Below are positions 1-25,525 of a stretch of DNA of 38,509 nt, in pieces. How positions within the stretch are numbered: the first letter of the stretch is position 1; each line of letters opens with the position of its first letter. Source of the DNA: Amoebidium appalachense (lineage: Eukaryota > Protista > Ichthyosporea); the NCBI GenBank assembly GCA_963693365.1, contig CAVNZM010000001.1, positions 17,617,774 to 17,656,282 on the forward strand, written 5' to 3'. The notes under the pieces were generated by a model. It searched no databases, was not told where the DNA came from, and saw only the letters and a program-made list of their open reading frames with translations. Position numbers and translations under genes: made by a program.

Positions 1-417
1 CCCCACACACACACACGCACACACACACACAAACACACCACCACCCCAAACCAACCAAATCCCCATATTCCAAATCGTCGTGTACTCCTCGGGGCCCCAT
101 CAGTGATGTTTAAGGGTTTTCTTTTAGGCCGATTATTTGTCCCCATTTCAGCACATCCGGGTCAAACCATTTGTTCAGCATATAAACCATGAAATGAACT
201 GCCATCTTCTTCCTAACGCTTTATTAATATTGTTCCATTCTTTATTTCTTTTTTTTTTTGCTCTTTTCTTATTCTTTTTTTTGTTGTATTATGGCGCATC
301 TGAACCTTGCTGCCGGCCGGAACGATGGTGCGCAGCTGATGCGCAGCACGCCAATCATATAGCTAGAATTCCCTCTGACCCGACCCGGCCCGAAAGTCTT
401 AAAGAAACCCCCTTTAA

Positions 418-995
418 CCCCTAGCCGTTCGCCGATGCATTTTTGCATCACTTTTCAAAAATACATGCATCGGCGACTTTCGAAAATAAATAGCGCCTGA
501 CGCGTAATAGTCATGACGCTAGGAATTTCTGCCTGACTTAGTATATGTTTTCTACTTTCGAAAAACACCAAAAACACCGGGGTCGACTATGTTTTTCTGT
601 TTCTCGTGGGTGTTCTGCTTAACTGTGTCTATATTTTCATCTAGCGGCCCCCCAAATTTCGAAGGCTGGCGGCAAGAGGATGTCCGGGATTCACGGATTC
701 CAGGGTTGGAATCGATCGGCTGATAAGTTCATCAATCTGATTTGCTGAGATCTTTACGGGGATTCCTATTACGTAACTGTCTTGAAAGAAACCCCGCCGC
801 AGTTGGCAAAATCGACACAAATCACGTGTTCATAACACGTGCGGACACATAGGAACACGTGTTTTTTTTTTTATGGGACACAAAGAAGGACATATGTACA
901 TGTGCTTGATGCATTTTTGTCCACTTTGGCCGCCTTTAATGTTTTTTTCTATTTTTCAAACCTAGTCGATTTTGGCCTCCGCGAACGGCTCGGGG
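418..995. mobile_element. piggyBac-like non-autonomous element (MITE), 578 bp, in LTO1 intron 4
   Basis: TTAA at 414-417 and 996-999 flank inverted repeats CCCCTAGCCGTTCGC (418-432) and GCGAACGGCTCGGGG (981-995), 14/15 matching. TTAA duplication with CCC...GGG ends is the piggyBac signature. No coding capacity. Confidence 0.8.
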
Positions 996-1127
996 TTAAG
1001 GGATTCCCCGGGCGGGGGAGGGGGCAAAGCATGTGTACCCATGGGTGCATGCAGTTGTGTTGTGTTGAAATTTCAAAGCTCTTCGGCTGCGCAAAGGGTG
1101 TGTGCGTAGTGGGAGGAAGGGGGGAAA

Positions 1128-1166
<39 letters not shown>

Positions 1167-1170
1167 ACAC

Positions 1171-4529
<3,359 letters not shown>

Positions 4530-5560
4530 TCTCACGGCACCACACTAATCCGCTGTTGGCACTCCAAGAATGCTACTGATGACAGAGGCTTATTGCAAGG
4601 GCGCTGTAAAAGCATGTGCGTATATCAAATTAATGCTACTAGCCCTAGGCTAGAAGACGCTTAGTCTATTAGTTCAAATTTTACACTAAATAGCTACTAT
4701 GTAGGACTTCCATCAGCGGGTTGTGGCCGCCAGAACTTCAGAAGGTGGTGGACAGAAGGTGCCGTCACGGCTCAGCACCCACCGGTACCTGAAACTCTAG
4801 GGTGAAATACAGAAATAGCCTGACATATCTACTTTACTTTATATTGCAATGAATAATGTGTATCTTATATATATATATATATCGGTTTGTAATATCTTTT
4901 ATGGTTTTTTTTAAAATATATAGTAGTAACCATTTGAGGTTGTAACTCATCATCAAATATTCCTTTATCAGCTTTTCAGCGATTTCTGTGTGTTCAACAA
5001 TTTCCCAAAGAGCATATTTGCGGCTTCTGAAAGTAACGAATCACGCGCGCGTATTTAACTTTTCGCATCTGATTGGTTGACAGAATGACACGAAATCTCC
5101 TATGCAAACATTTTGATTGGTGGCTTTCTCCCCGCTGGCTCACTTGTATTCGAACGTGAAATGGTGACGAAGTGAGCTCTTTCTTTTTTTCTCGTTTTTA
5201 CGTTTTCGAGTTTTCGTAGGTGATTAGTGCGGTCCAGTCATTCGTATTATGTGGGCCTTCTCTCCGTTACATGTTCCAAACTTCTCTTAGTGTGTTCCTC
5301 AAAAATTGAGACGGTGATTTGCAAGGCAGCAATGTTCAAAGAAGTTGAGTTTAGGTGACGGGTTCGGGCAACAGGTATCAGAAGTAGTGTAGGTGGTTTT
5401 CCAGTCAGTCAGGGCCGCATTTCAGCATAGCCGCTATAGCTGTACCCTTTTGTCTTTCATCAAAGGTCTTTCATGTTTCGTACACAACCCTTATCCTGCA
5501 AACGGGATTTCCGTTCTTTTGCTCTGACCGTCGAGGGCATGCGACGGCCTTTCTTTGAGA
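4530..5560. promoter_or_regulatory. Probable divergent promoter region between LTO1 and the SH2 gene
   Basis: Head-to-head genes. The segment is AT-rich, largely free of C/G-run and (CA)n tracts, and has reverse CCAAT boxes (GATTGG near 5071 and 5116). Confidence 0.4.
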
Positions 5561-6084
5561 ATGGCCACTGGTGGACGCCATGTTTTGCTCGCTGAGGTCA
5601 CGGGGCGTGGCGCTGCAGCCGCCGGCGCTGGGAAGCAGTACACAGAAGGTCAGTTTCTCTTTCGCTTTGCCTTGGGCGTATATTTGGCTTCACTTGGAAT
5701 GATTCTGTGTTGTTGTTGTGTGGCTCATTCCCGAGCACATGTAAACGAAACCAGCTCATTATAGAACTTTATGGGCACTGGGACAAGCGGGTCATAGGCG
5801 GCTGCTAACAGAAGCTTACAAGGGCGTTGTTTGGGATGGAAGAGCTCTGAGATCGCTTTTTCAAGGTTTATTTTTGTTAATCTTGTTGTCTTGCTTTCTG
5901 CGGGCTCCCTTGGATGGCTGGCACCTAACATTGTGCTGTGTGCTGTGTGCTGCTCTGTGCGGGTGAAAAAATGCTGCTTTGTGCGTGTGGAAGAATGTGT
6001 GAAAGCCTGGGTCGATTTGAGTGGGGAGGAGGATTGGGGCGGGGTCTTTTGTTTTGTTCTTGTGCTTTCAGTGCTGTCAAGCTG

Positions 6085-10497
<4,413 letters not shown>

Positions 10498-10572
10498 TGG
10501 AACGTCAAGGAAGGAGAATGTCCGTGTGAGCACTTTTTTGTGTGTTTGTGTGTGTGTGTGGTGGTGGTGGTT

Positions 10573-10605
<33 letters not shown>

Positions 10606-11754
10606 AGATGGCTGTGCATATGTACGTGTGCGCTAGTGGGATATTTTTTTTTGTTTTTTTTTGTTTTTGTTTTTTTTTGGGGGGGGGGGGGGGGGGGGGG
10701 GGGGAGACACGACAGTACGACAATCACGATTTCGAACCACAAATAGATCAACGAATAGATCACAGAATGTCGACCTGGCTTATATTTACTGTACGGTTTG
10801 AACTATAGGCTTACGGGGTGAGGGGTTAGTCTCCGAAACCTAGGTGCTACCGGTAGCCAAGTCATAGGGTAATATAGCATAGCTGTGCTTCTAGGTATGA
10901 TAACTAGCATGTACGAATACATATATAGGAATGTGATGCACTGCAACAATTCTAACTCGCATTTTGAGATGGACTGACTTAGGTGTTGTTCGAATCCTGT
11001 GGTTAAAATTATCGCTCCACATAGTATGTGTCAGTGGTGATGGCTCATTGTGTCGTGAAACTGTCACAATTGCTGGTACTAAGGTATTGTCGAGTTTGGT
11101 TTGAAATTCCTTCACAAGAGTTGTACAGAAACAGCCTTTGAAGCTCTAATGGGAGATGTATTTTTTGTAGTAGTTGAGATATGATAGCGCAAGGATTGCA
11201 GTCTATCAAAGACCATCATGTCATACACATAATAACACACCAAGGCATCTTGATTATGTGCAGTTGGCGTGCATAACCACAAAATATGCCTAACTTGGCA
11301 CGTGAAGTGCACGTGCATGCATCCCACCGGACGAGGAATCCGGAATTCCAAGGCAATTCTGCTCACATGGTGTGGTATATTACCAGCATATACACAAAGT
11401 TTTCACCCACACACCAGTCACATTATTCCTACTTTTTTAGTTCCTTCATGAAAACTTTATTTTTCGCGCCAAAGCTCGCTAATAGTCCATATATGGCTAA
11501 CGGTCAGATCACACCGGAGTTTGATTCGCTAATGCAAAATACTCTTGAGATTGCGATGTTTCTAAATTACCAGTATATCCCTGTTAACGCAAGCACCTGT
11601 ACAACATACACACAGTGGCCGGCTAGTGGTATCTTGCCAAGCACAAAACTAAAACCCCCGGGGTGATTTTACGAACACCCTCCCCACTCTCTGCTCTGCT
11701 CGCCGTGTTGAAATTTCTCCCCGTGACCACCAGCTGTCTCCCCACCAATTGCCC

Positions 11755-11789
11755 GTCTAGTCAGTCTAGTCAGTCTAGGCAGTCTAGTC
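11755..11789. repeat. 9-bp tandem repeat (GTCTAGTCA) x about 4
   Basis: gtctagtca gtctagtca gtctaggca gtctagtc read directly. Confidence 0.85.
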
Positions 11790-12483
11790 GACGTCACATG
11801 CGGCTTTAGAACACGTGTTGGTGTGGGGCATGTCAGGAGCTTTCGAATGTTCCACTCCTCAGTGTGCTTGTGCACGTGTCTGTCCCTTGTTTGTGCATGT
11901 ATAAACGCGCGCCCACATATGCATTCATCTCGGAGTCATAGTGTGCGTATGTACGGCAAAGCTATTTTTAGCCGTGTGTCATCTGTTTGCGTGTGTCCCA
12001 GGTGCCCGTATACAAGTTTGTCTTCTGGCCCGGACCAGAAGGAGGTATCTCATATGCAAGTTTATTATATGATCATAACCGAGGGCGAGAAAGTGATTTA
12101 CATACTTCACTTAGGCGAACCAACGGTTACCGACCCATAGGTCCACAAATCGACTAATTTGCGCTAATCAAACCCTGTCAACCTGTTCCAACCCCAACCA
12201 GTATATTTTAGACTGCAAATTTGTAACCACCTCAAACATTCGAAAGTTCAAACAAACATTTGTATATCCATAAATAGGCACAAACAAGTTGAAACCATGG
12301 TCCACAAAAAAAAACAGCTCCCTGCAGTAGAGGACGATAACATAAGAGCCAGAAGAGGAACACTGTCTATTAGCTATATAGAAAGCCAAGGAGATCCTCA
12401 AACCAATATCACACTCCCAACTCCCATCAACCTCATCACCCCCTTGAGGCACACACTACTCCGCTACCATCCTGCAGACACTC

Positions 12484-17365
<4,882 letters not shown>

Positions 17366-17875
17366 CTTCTCTCAAAGACAGTAAAAAGAAACGTGTTTGT
17401 GTTCGTGTTTTTTTGCACAGATGGTAAAAGAAACGAAAAACTGACTCCGAGCGCTTACTTGTGGTGCGTTTTCTGTTTATATGCCACTTGGTATATGAGG
17501 TCAGCAAAAGGGAACCAATCAAATAAATTCATCATTGACCCCCTTGAGTCATGACTTTCGAAGACACCCTGTTAGTAACGAAGTAGATCCGTATGCAGCC
17601 ATACATTTATTGATAGAGCTTATATAACGAATATGAAAAGGCCATTTAAAATCTAGAAAAGTGTCTTATTTAGCAACAGTAGTCGGACCGTCAAAAGTTC
17701 GGAGTTTGTGTACCGTCTTCAGGTTCTGGAACCCCCTAGACCATTATGACGTAACCACCAACCACTATTTCCAAGGGCTTACCATATAAAGCTAATCTCT
17801 TATCTGAGAATTTACGTGCCATTTTTGCAATTGGCGTTTTTCCCAAACTCGGTCACTTATATCCCCACTTTAAGA

Positions 17876-18380
17876 GGGCCCCACCGGTGGGGGCCCCCAA
17901 ATTTTGATCGATTTTTGCGGCTACTTAACCCTCAAAAAGGGGATTTGTATAAAGGGTTTTTCTGCTCGTGGGAGAAAAGGGGGGCAAAACCTGGCTGTAG
18001 TGCCGTTTTTTACACATGAAAATACAGTTTGGCATGCTCTGCATCCGCGGCCGGCGCCGGCGCCGCTCCGCCGCCGCTAATTTTGATTTTCCGCCGCTAA
18101 ATCGGCCTCGACTGGTTGATGGTGCAAAATGAGCCAATCGCATTGCCTATTTCCCTATGTATGAGGGCCCCCGGCGCACCACCGTGAGGGCCACCAAAAA
18201 CACCGGTTTTTCGCTCATAGAAAAGGTTACCAGAACATGACTAAACTGTGTAAAGAAACCTATATGGCCGTTAATCCTACACACATGAAAGACTTTTTCA
18301 GCAGGAATGTTGCAATATTTGCTATATGAGCTCCCGAGAGATGCGATCCCGAAAATGTGGGCCACCACCGGTGGGGGCCC
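17876..18380. mobile_element. Putative MITE/foldback element with palindromic GGGCCC-ACCGGT-GGGCCC ends
   Basis: Left end GGGCCCCACCGGTGGGGGCCCCCAAATTTTGATCG; right end (reverse complement) GGGCCCCCACCGGTGGTGGCCCACATTTTCGGGATCG. Further degenerate inverted blocks lie outside (17842-17856 vs 18424-18440; 17716-17742 vs 18460-18487). No clean TSD found. Confidence 0.55.
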
Positions 18381-18915
18381 GCATTTTCAAATTGGGGTTA
18401 TTGTAGTTTGGTTTGGAGGTCACGTGACCGAGAGTTTGGGTTGACGGAGATGGGGATAGGGTCTGGGGATCCGGAAGCATCTGGGGATGGGGAAGGACTG
18501 AGCTGTTCTGCCTGGAACCAATCAGGTTGCAAGAAACATGGCGTGATCCAATCAGTTGGCATAAACTATAGCGCGGTGCTCCATTACAGCTTTTGGTCCA
18601 ATCAAACTCTGAATCGTATTGAGCATGCGCTGGGGCAAGCTGTGCCATCATCAAAATGTGAGCCCTGCGGCGGCGAGCGCAGAGTCGTAATATTGCGACT
18701 TGAAGTCACGGCAACCTAGTCAAGCTATGCCGACTTGACTTATTATTAGAATTGGTGAGAGGAACTGGTGACTTGTCCTGACTTTCAGTTGCGACTTGAG
18801 CCTTCAGGTGACTTTTTACTATTGTAGCCGGATACGCTTACTTGCCAGAATACCGCTAAAGGGGGCCCTACGTATATACCTACATGTGGGCGAGCCCGGG
18901 AAAGAAGAAAAACAC

Positions 18916-19123
<208 letters not shown>

Positions 19124-19875
19124 TAGTAGGGTACGAGCACAGCAGCTTCGTGAAGCTGTGACTTGAAGTCACATGTGCACCTCAGAGTGTCTGCAGAAAA
19201 AATCGCCACGCACATGCAGGTATACACATACACGCACACAATCATACACGTGTAAACAGTTGAACTAGTTGGGATAAGGCAGAGAACAACTGAATCAGAA
19301 TAAAGACAGAGAACGGGTAGTAAGGCACATGTCATGCGGCCAGGTTACTCTAGTAATGTGCTCGTTCAGAGTGATCCCCCGACGGCCCGTACTGGGACGG
19401 CTTGTTTATATAGCCCCCAGGTTCCGGATCATCTGGATGGGTGGCATTGATGCCTTCGTGACTTCTGACCAGTCAAAAGTTGCGGTCGTCTTTATGTGCT
19501 TACTGTGCACCAATAGCATGAAGCCAACTAAAAGGATAACTTTGTGGCAAATGATTGTTCAACACTTAAGCCCGTTTAGGTTTAAACAACTGGGTCTGAT
19601 TTCCCTATTGGTTCCGTTCGTTTAGCTACAGATGTTGCCTTCGTAGTGGATGAGACTTGCATTCCTATCCTCACGGTTCTCGAATTCCTATTGGTTCATA
19701 CTGACTGCCCGGCCACTGCATGTTGCCGGCGCCGCGGCTCAGTCGTGAGCCGCAGCCCGCGGCTGTCGCGTATGATATTGATCTGATCATATGTACACGA
19801 CATCTACGTGATCACTATGATATGTACTGTATATTCGTAATAGTAAACATGTACGGCGTGTACAGATGTTTACAA

Positions 19876-19948
19876 CACGCAAATGTGACTTTAATATACA
19901 TGCACAAGCATTTAATGGCATGTAAGCACCACAATCACAAACGCGCGG

Positions 19949-19988
<40 letters not shown>

Positions 19989-20258
19989 ACACACACACAC
20001 ACACACCGTGTGCAGCCACACACACCGTAGCACACGCACACACACATGCACACACCCACACATGCACACGCACACACACACACACACACACACACCGTGT
20101 GCACACACACACACTGTAGCACACACACACATGCACACACGCACACACACACACACATGTATACACACATACACACACAACACACACACCCACGTGCACA
20201 CACTGTGCGTGTACACACACTGACACACATACACACGTGTCACACACACACGCGCGCG

Positions 20259-20311
<53 letters not shown>

Positions 20312-20527
20312 CACACACACTGCACACTTACGCATGGCACAGGCAAACACACGGTCTGTGCAGTCGCACAAACACACACAGACGCGCGCGCCCACGTGTA
20401 CACACACACAAGGCACACCATTGCCATGCACATGCGCACACACACGCACACACGCACCCCGTGCAGTCACACAAGCGTACACAGACGCGCTTCGTCAGCG
20501 CACACCGTTAACACACACCGTACAAGC

Positions 20528-20587
<60 letters not shown>

Positions 20588-20635
20588 GGCCGGGGGGGGG
20601 GGGGGGGAGAGAGAGAGAGAGAGAAGAGGGGGGGG

Positions 20636-20670
<35 letters not shown>

Positions 20671-20686
20671 CTCAGGGGGGGAGGGG

Positions 20687-20717
<31 letters not shown>

Positions 20718-21060
20718 CACGTGTGTGCCTGGTGTGTACACAAGGTTCTAAGTGTTGCAGACTCCGAGGCTACCCACATGTGAACAGATGTTGTGTTCGA
20801 GCCTCATTCAACTCAACTACAACCTGAGACATACATATATTAAGGAAGACTGACGCTCCACAGTGAGCAAAGGCAGAAATCGCCAAACACATGCATGTAC
20901 ACGCACGCACACAATCATACACGCAAATGTGACTTTAATACACATGCACAAGCACCCAACGGCATGTAAGCATGCGCGCGCTCGCACACACACACACACA
21001 CACACCGTATACACACACACACTGCTAGCACACACGCACACATGCACACATGCACACACG

Positions 21061-21096
<36 letters not shown>

Positions 21097-21316
21097 TGCA
21101 TGACACACACATACACACGTGTACAGACACACACACACAAACACACACAAACACACACACACACATGTATACACACACATATACACACACAACACACCCG
21201 CCGTGCACACACACACCCCGTGCAGTCACAAAAGCGCACACAGACGCGCTGCATCAGCACGCACCGTAAACACACACCGGATAAGCCGACCGGGGGGGGG
21301 GGGGGGGGGGGGGAGG

Positions 21317-21383
<67 letters not shown>

Positions 21384-21396
21384 TCGGAGAGAGGGG

Positions 21397-21427
<31 letters not shown>

Positions 21428-21460
21428 CTGGGGGGGGGGGGGGGGGGGGGAGTGTGTGTA
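19876..21460. repeat. Diverged tandem duplication of a microsatellite-rich unit (about 19876-20700 and 20919-21460)
   Basis: Shared anchors in the same order: ACACGCAAATGTGACTTTAATA[T/C]ACATGCACAAGCA (19876, 20919), CCCGTGCAGTCACA[C/A]AAGCG[T/C]ACACAGACGCGCT (20458, 21217), then GA/poly-G blocks ending GAGAGACT...GGGAGTGTGTG. Confidence 0.85.
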
Positions 21461-21536
21461 TGTGTCAAATTGATTCAACCGAGTTTGGGCCCACATCGCG
21501 GTGGGTGGAACCCACTAGACCGTTTATGTGATATTA

Positions 21537-21932
21537 GATTTTGTAGGGCAACACGGGGCCCCGGGGGGGCCCCACTTCCACCTGGGCACATTTGAGGGGA
21601 AATGATAATAAAGAGTTGTCACCCTCAATAAAATGTTTGAAAGGCTTGACTTTGCAACGGCTAATGCATCTGCAGTGGGGAAAAGGGAGGGGGGTGGGTG
21701 GTAGGGGTGGGGGTGGCCCGGTGTTGGGGGGGGGGGGGGGGGGGGGGAGGGGGGAGGGAGGGAGGGAGCCTGGTTGGGGAGGGGCAGGGGAAGGGGAGGA
21801 TTTTGTAAAGCAACGCGGGGCCCCGGGGGCCCCGCTCTCACATGGGCACTTGCGTTACTTGGGGGGGAGGGGGAGGGGGGGAAGGGGGCAAGGCAACGCG
21901 GGGCCCCGTGGGCCCCGCTTCCACATGGGCAC
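21537..21932. repeat. Three copies of a 45-55-bp GC hairpin motif separated by G-rich spacers
   Basis: GCAAC[A/G]CGGGGCCCCG..GGGCCCC[A/G]CT..CAC[C/A]TGGGCAC at 21537-21590, 21799-21849 and 21890-21932. Confidence 0.9.
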
Positions 21933-22034
21933 GCGAGAGGGAAGGCCTTGCCAACTTGCCAACTTTAATGGACGTCGACGTTGTCGGAATCATGGGTCCA
22001 TATGCCTTGGTTGAGATCCGCCGGGGGGTGGGTG

Positions 22035-22063
22035 GGTGGGGTGGTGGTGGTGGTGGTGGTGGT

Positions 22064-22130
<67 letters not shown>
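22035..22130. repeat. (GGT)n followed by a poly-G run of about 65 nt, the longest G homopolymer in the window
   Basis: Read directly. Exact length may be affected by sequencing or assembly error. Confidence 0.9.
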
Positions 22131-22132
<2 letters not shown>

Positions 22133-24560
22133 AAAAAAATATCCGAAGCAAAAGCTAAAGTTCACTATGAAAGACTTGATGTTGCATAGTGTTGGCAACA
22201 AAGAAGGCAGGGACCAAACATCAATCGGTGCGGTACCTCCTTCACCACCATGGATGCTTTGCACCTTCTTTTACTTAGGCTTAATTACCGTGGGCCATCG
22301 GCGCTTTCCATCAATCAGGTGACCAGAATGATGCACCAATATGTTCCCTATTCTTCGTGCTTTCTTTTTTTCTAGTCCTGCCAACGGAGGAACAAAGTCG
22401 TTTTGGGTGAAATTGTTGATTCTGATGTTGTTCTGGGTTCTCTCTATGTGCAAGCAAAAGGACCTTCAGGGTTAGCAGTAGCAAATACGTGAGTGAAATT
22501 GTGTGGCAGTGGATAATAGTTCTTGCGTGAGCTAGTTTGACTCAGTTAAATTTCTGCTAACAAATGGATGGCTGAAAAGTTGTTGTGGTCGAGTTCGCCT
22601 TTTGCAAAAGCTTGGTGAAATTCGCCTGCTGCAAGTTCAAGCAGGTGGGACATGCACTAGGGGTTTCACTTGTAAATAACAGTTGAATACATTCTGCTAT
22701 ATTGCGTGCAAAGCACGGAAACAGGTGTGCTGGAGCGGGTGTCAGCCGTTTGAGGGACCTGGTGTTCAGGGAAACGGAATCTGAGATTTTTGGGAACATG
22801 AACACAAAAACAGATAACATCATGGTTATGCATTGTCTGTCGTTGCTTGGTGGAGGGCGAGGTGGCATGGTGGAACAGAACAATGCCGCAACAGGCAAAC
22901 CAACTAACAAAAATACAGTGGACCGCACGAGTCCATGCCGATCAACATTTTTGCGTTAGCAAAAACGTTTTTTCCCCATAACAGTGAAGAAAGCCTTGAC
23001 AACAGCGGCTATGCAAAAAGTGCTCTCGATGGAAGAGAATAAGTGACACACATAGGATATACAGGTTGGCGGGGTGATTGTTTTTTACGTAGGTAGCTTA
23101 TGCTGTTTAGTTGCGGCTGTGCGTAGTAGGTAACCTCATACGTAACTTATACACAAAACTTCGTTATACGGGGGGAACTTGATCCAGGGGGTGGTGTATG
23201 GTATTTGGACCAGCACTGACCCGCTTTAAGTGCTGCATGTAGGTGCAAATTAAAACGTAAATCTTTTTAATTTAAGTAAAGGGTTCGGAGTTTTGTGGTT
23301 TTGATTGGTTTGTTCATCTGATTAAATAAGAAACATTTCTCGCGGTTGCAAATTAATGTGCTTGATAAAAAGAGATACGGAAAATGTTAAAAGTTTCTAA
23401 AATTTGAAACCAAAAAAGCTTACAAATCAACCCAGCCGGGTGTAAAACCAGGAGTTGCATGTATTAAAGAGACCAGAACAACTTTGAAGAAGGGAAGGCG
23501 CCATGTTGCCGGGCAAGTTGATTTTTCGGTTCGCGGCTGCAAAATAGAACGTTAAACGCGTTAGATTATTGGCTGTAAGCTAATAGTGAGATCGCGCAAT
23601 TTTATTTGCTTTATCGGCTGCAGGAATATTTTGTCTTAATGCTTGATATGATTGGCTGCATGCGGCGAATAGGAAACATTAATGGAGGAGGGTAAAGCGT
23701 TCTTTAAATTGTGGAGGTCGGTCGCATTCCTGAAGACCAATGTGCCATGCATTCCTGAGCTCCCGGAATGCACGGAAACAGTATAGACTTTACTTTAGAT
23801 GGCGCGAAAAGTTTGTCACAGTGCAGGTAGCTGGGAACTTCTTGGTTGTGTCCGTGCACAGTCTTGGCTTTGAGTTTTTAGTTTTACTTTTTCTTTCCCT
23901 GTTCCTAACATCGAAATTGAAAACAATGGGGCTCTAGAGGTATACATGTATCTCCAATGTAAAGCATGAGGGAAAACGCCGTGGCTATAAATAACTCACT
24001 GACAGGGATGAGATGGAATTAGGTTGTTGACCCCGGTGTAGGGATGAGTTGGGTGGCACGGGCTTTTCGCAATTATAATACGATTAGAAGACTACAACAT
24101 AAAGAGCCTTAGCCAAAAACTCTATTATTTAGTAGTAGTAGGATTTCATGCGAGGTGTTCTTCCTTTCTTTGCAACTACAATACACACACACATCCACCG
24201 TGGAATAAGGAGTAGAGAGGTTCCCCAAGGAGAGAAGAAATCTGTGTTTCTCCAGAAGTACCACCTTGTCCTTTCATAGGCAGCTGAACTAAACCAAAAC
24301 AAACACGTTCTCTCTGACTGCAGCCAAAGGTCACCTCAGTCGCTAACAAACCTATACAGGAATGCCCGGAGCAGCTAGGACTTCAAAGGGAAGCTGCCGT
24401 AGCCCTTTTATTTATTAGCTGTTGTGCTTCTGCACTGTCTAGTCGCTCAATTTAGATTCACACCTGGCGAGGAAAGCGTTTTGATGCTTTCCTTCACGCA
24501 GGGGCGGTGGCGTCTCTAGTGCAACTTCTGGATACCTCCCTATGTTTAACTGCAAAAAAA

Positions 24561-25487
24561 ATGAGTTCTGTAAATGGCTTGCTCGGAGCTTCCCGAGAAA
24601 ACAGTGCGAAAGATGTCCCGTGTGACGAGGGCAAGCCTAAGAAACGTCACCCACGTCTCCCCGCTGCGCCCCTGAAAGAGATGACCAACACTCTAGAAGC
24701 AGACCTCCCTCAACTGCCACCTCTTATCATTCCAACCCAGAACATCGTGTTTCCCCAGACCGCACACGAAACTAGCTGTGGAGAGCCTTACACCACGAAC
24801 ACCAGTTACACATTCGTGTCGCATAAAACACAAAAATACATCGTTAACGGCCCAGAGTGGTTCAGCGAATATCCCAACGAAGCCAGCAGCACCTCCTACG
24901 ATTACTTTTTGGATGGGTATCAACCATACAGTTCGGCACCAATAAGCACAAAACGGGGGAGGTTTCGCTGGGCGAGGGAGAACACCGAGGCGCTCATTGA
25001 CGGGGTCATCAGCAGCAACATCAGACCCAGCACTGCTAGCGGGGCCGGGCAAAAGGAGCAAGCCCTGTGGAGAACGCTACACAAGTCGCTGGATTGGGGT
25101 GACCAGCCAGTTCCCACTCTCAGACAGTGCAAGGCCAGACACGTGGCCTATGTCAAGAAGATAGGCCGCCTTATGGAGATGGAGGTGCGCATCTCCCCGA
25201 CCTCCTCCTCCCCTCCCCCCCCCCCCCCCCCCCCCCCCCCCCCTTCCCCCCCCCCCCCCCCCCCCCTCCCCCCTCTTTCTCCTCCCTTACAACAAAAAAG
25301 AAGAGAGAGAGAGGATCGAAAAAAAGAATGGACTAAGAGCAAGAGAGAAGCCGAAACCACCACCACCACCTTAGCACCTGCCCCCTGTGCCGTCCGTTGG
25401 CTTTTTCTATAAAATGAAGTGCCACTTGATTACAGCGGATAACTTGAAGGATTTGCCTCTAAGCGACCAATTCCCCTTTCTCCCCCC

Positions 25488-25525
<38 letters not shown>

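Noticed and set aside
269-451. Candidate for the missing last LTO1 exon
   Set aside because: No frame resembles the expected Lto1 C-terminal helix; the last exon probably lies outside the window.
4700-4790. GC-richer exon-like segment on the minus strand upstream of LTO1 (YRWVLSRDG...)
   Set aside because: Short, stop-terminated in all frames and with no recognisable homology; may be UTR.
5560-5648. Possible first coding exon of the SH2 gene (MATGG...TEG, donor GTCAGT)
   Set aside because: Its phase-1 donor does not match the phase-2 acceptor at 6071; could be a non-coding or uORF exon.
21537-21932. CRISPR-like appearance of palindromic repeats
   Set aside because: Eukaryotic context, only three units, unequal low-complexity spacers and no cas genes.
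22140-23050. Complex-sequence block with short ORFs on both strands
   Set aside because: No recognisable domain or consistent splice pattern; may be a decayed gene or element.
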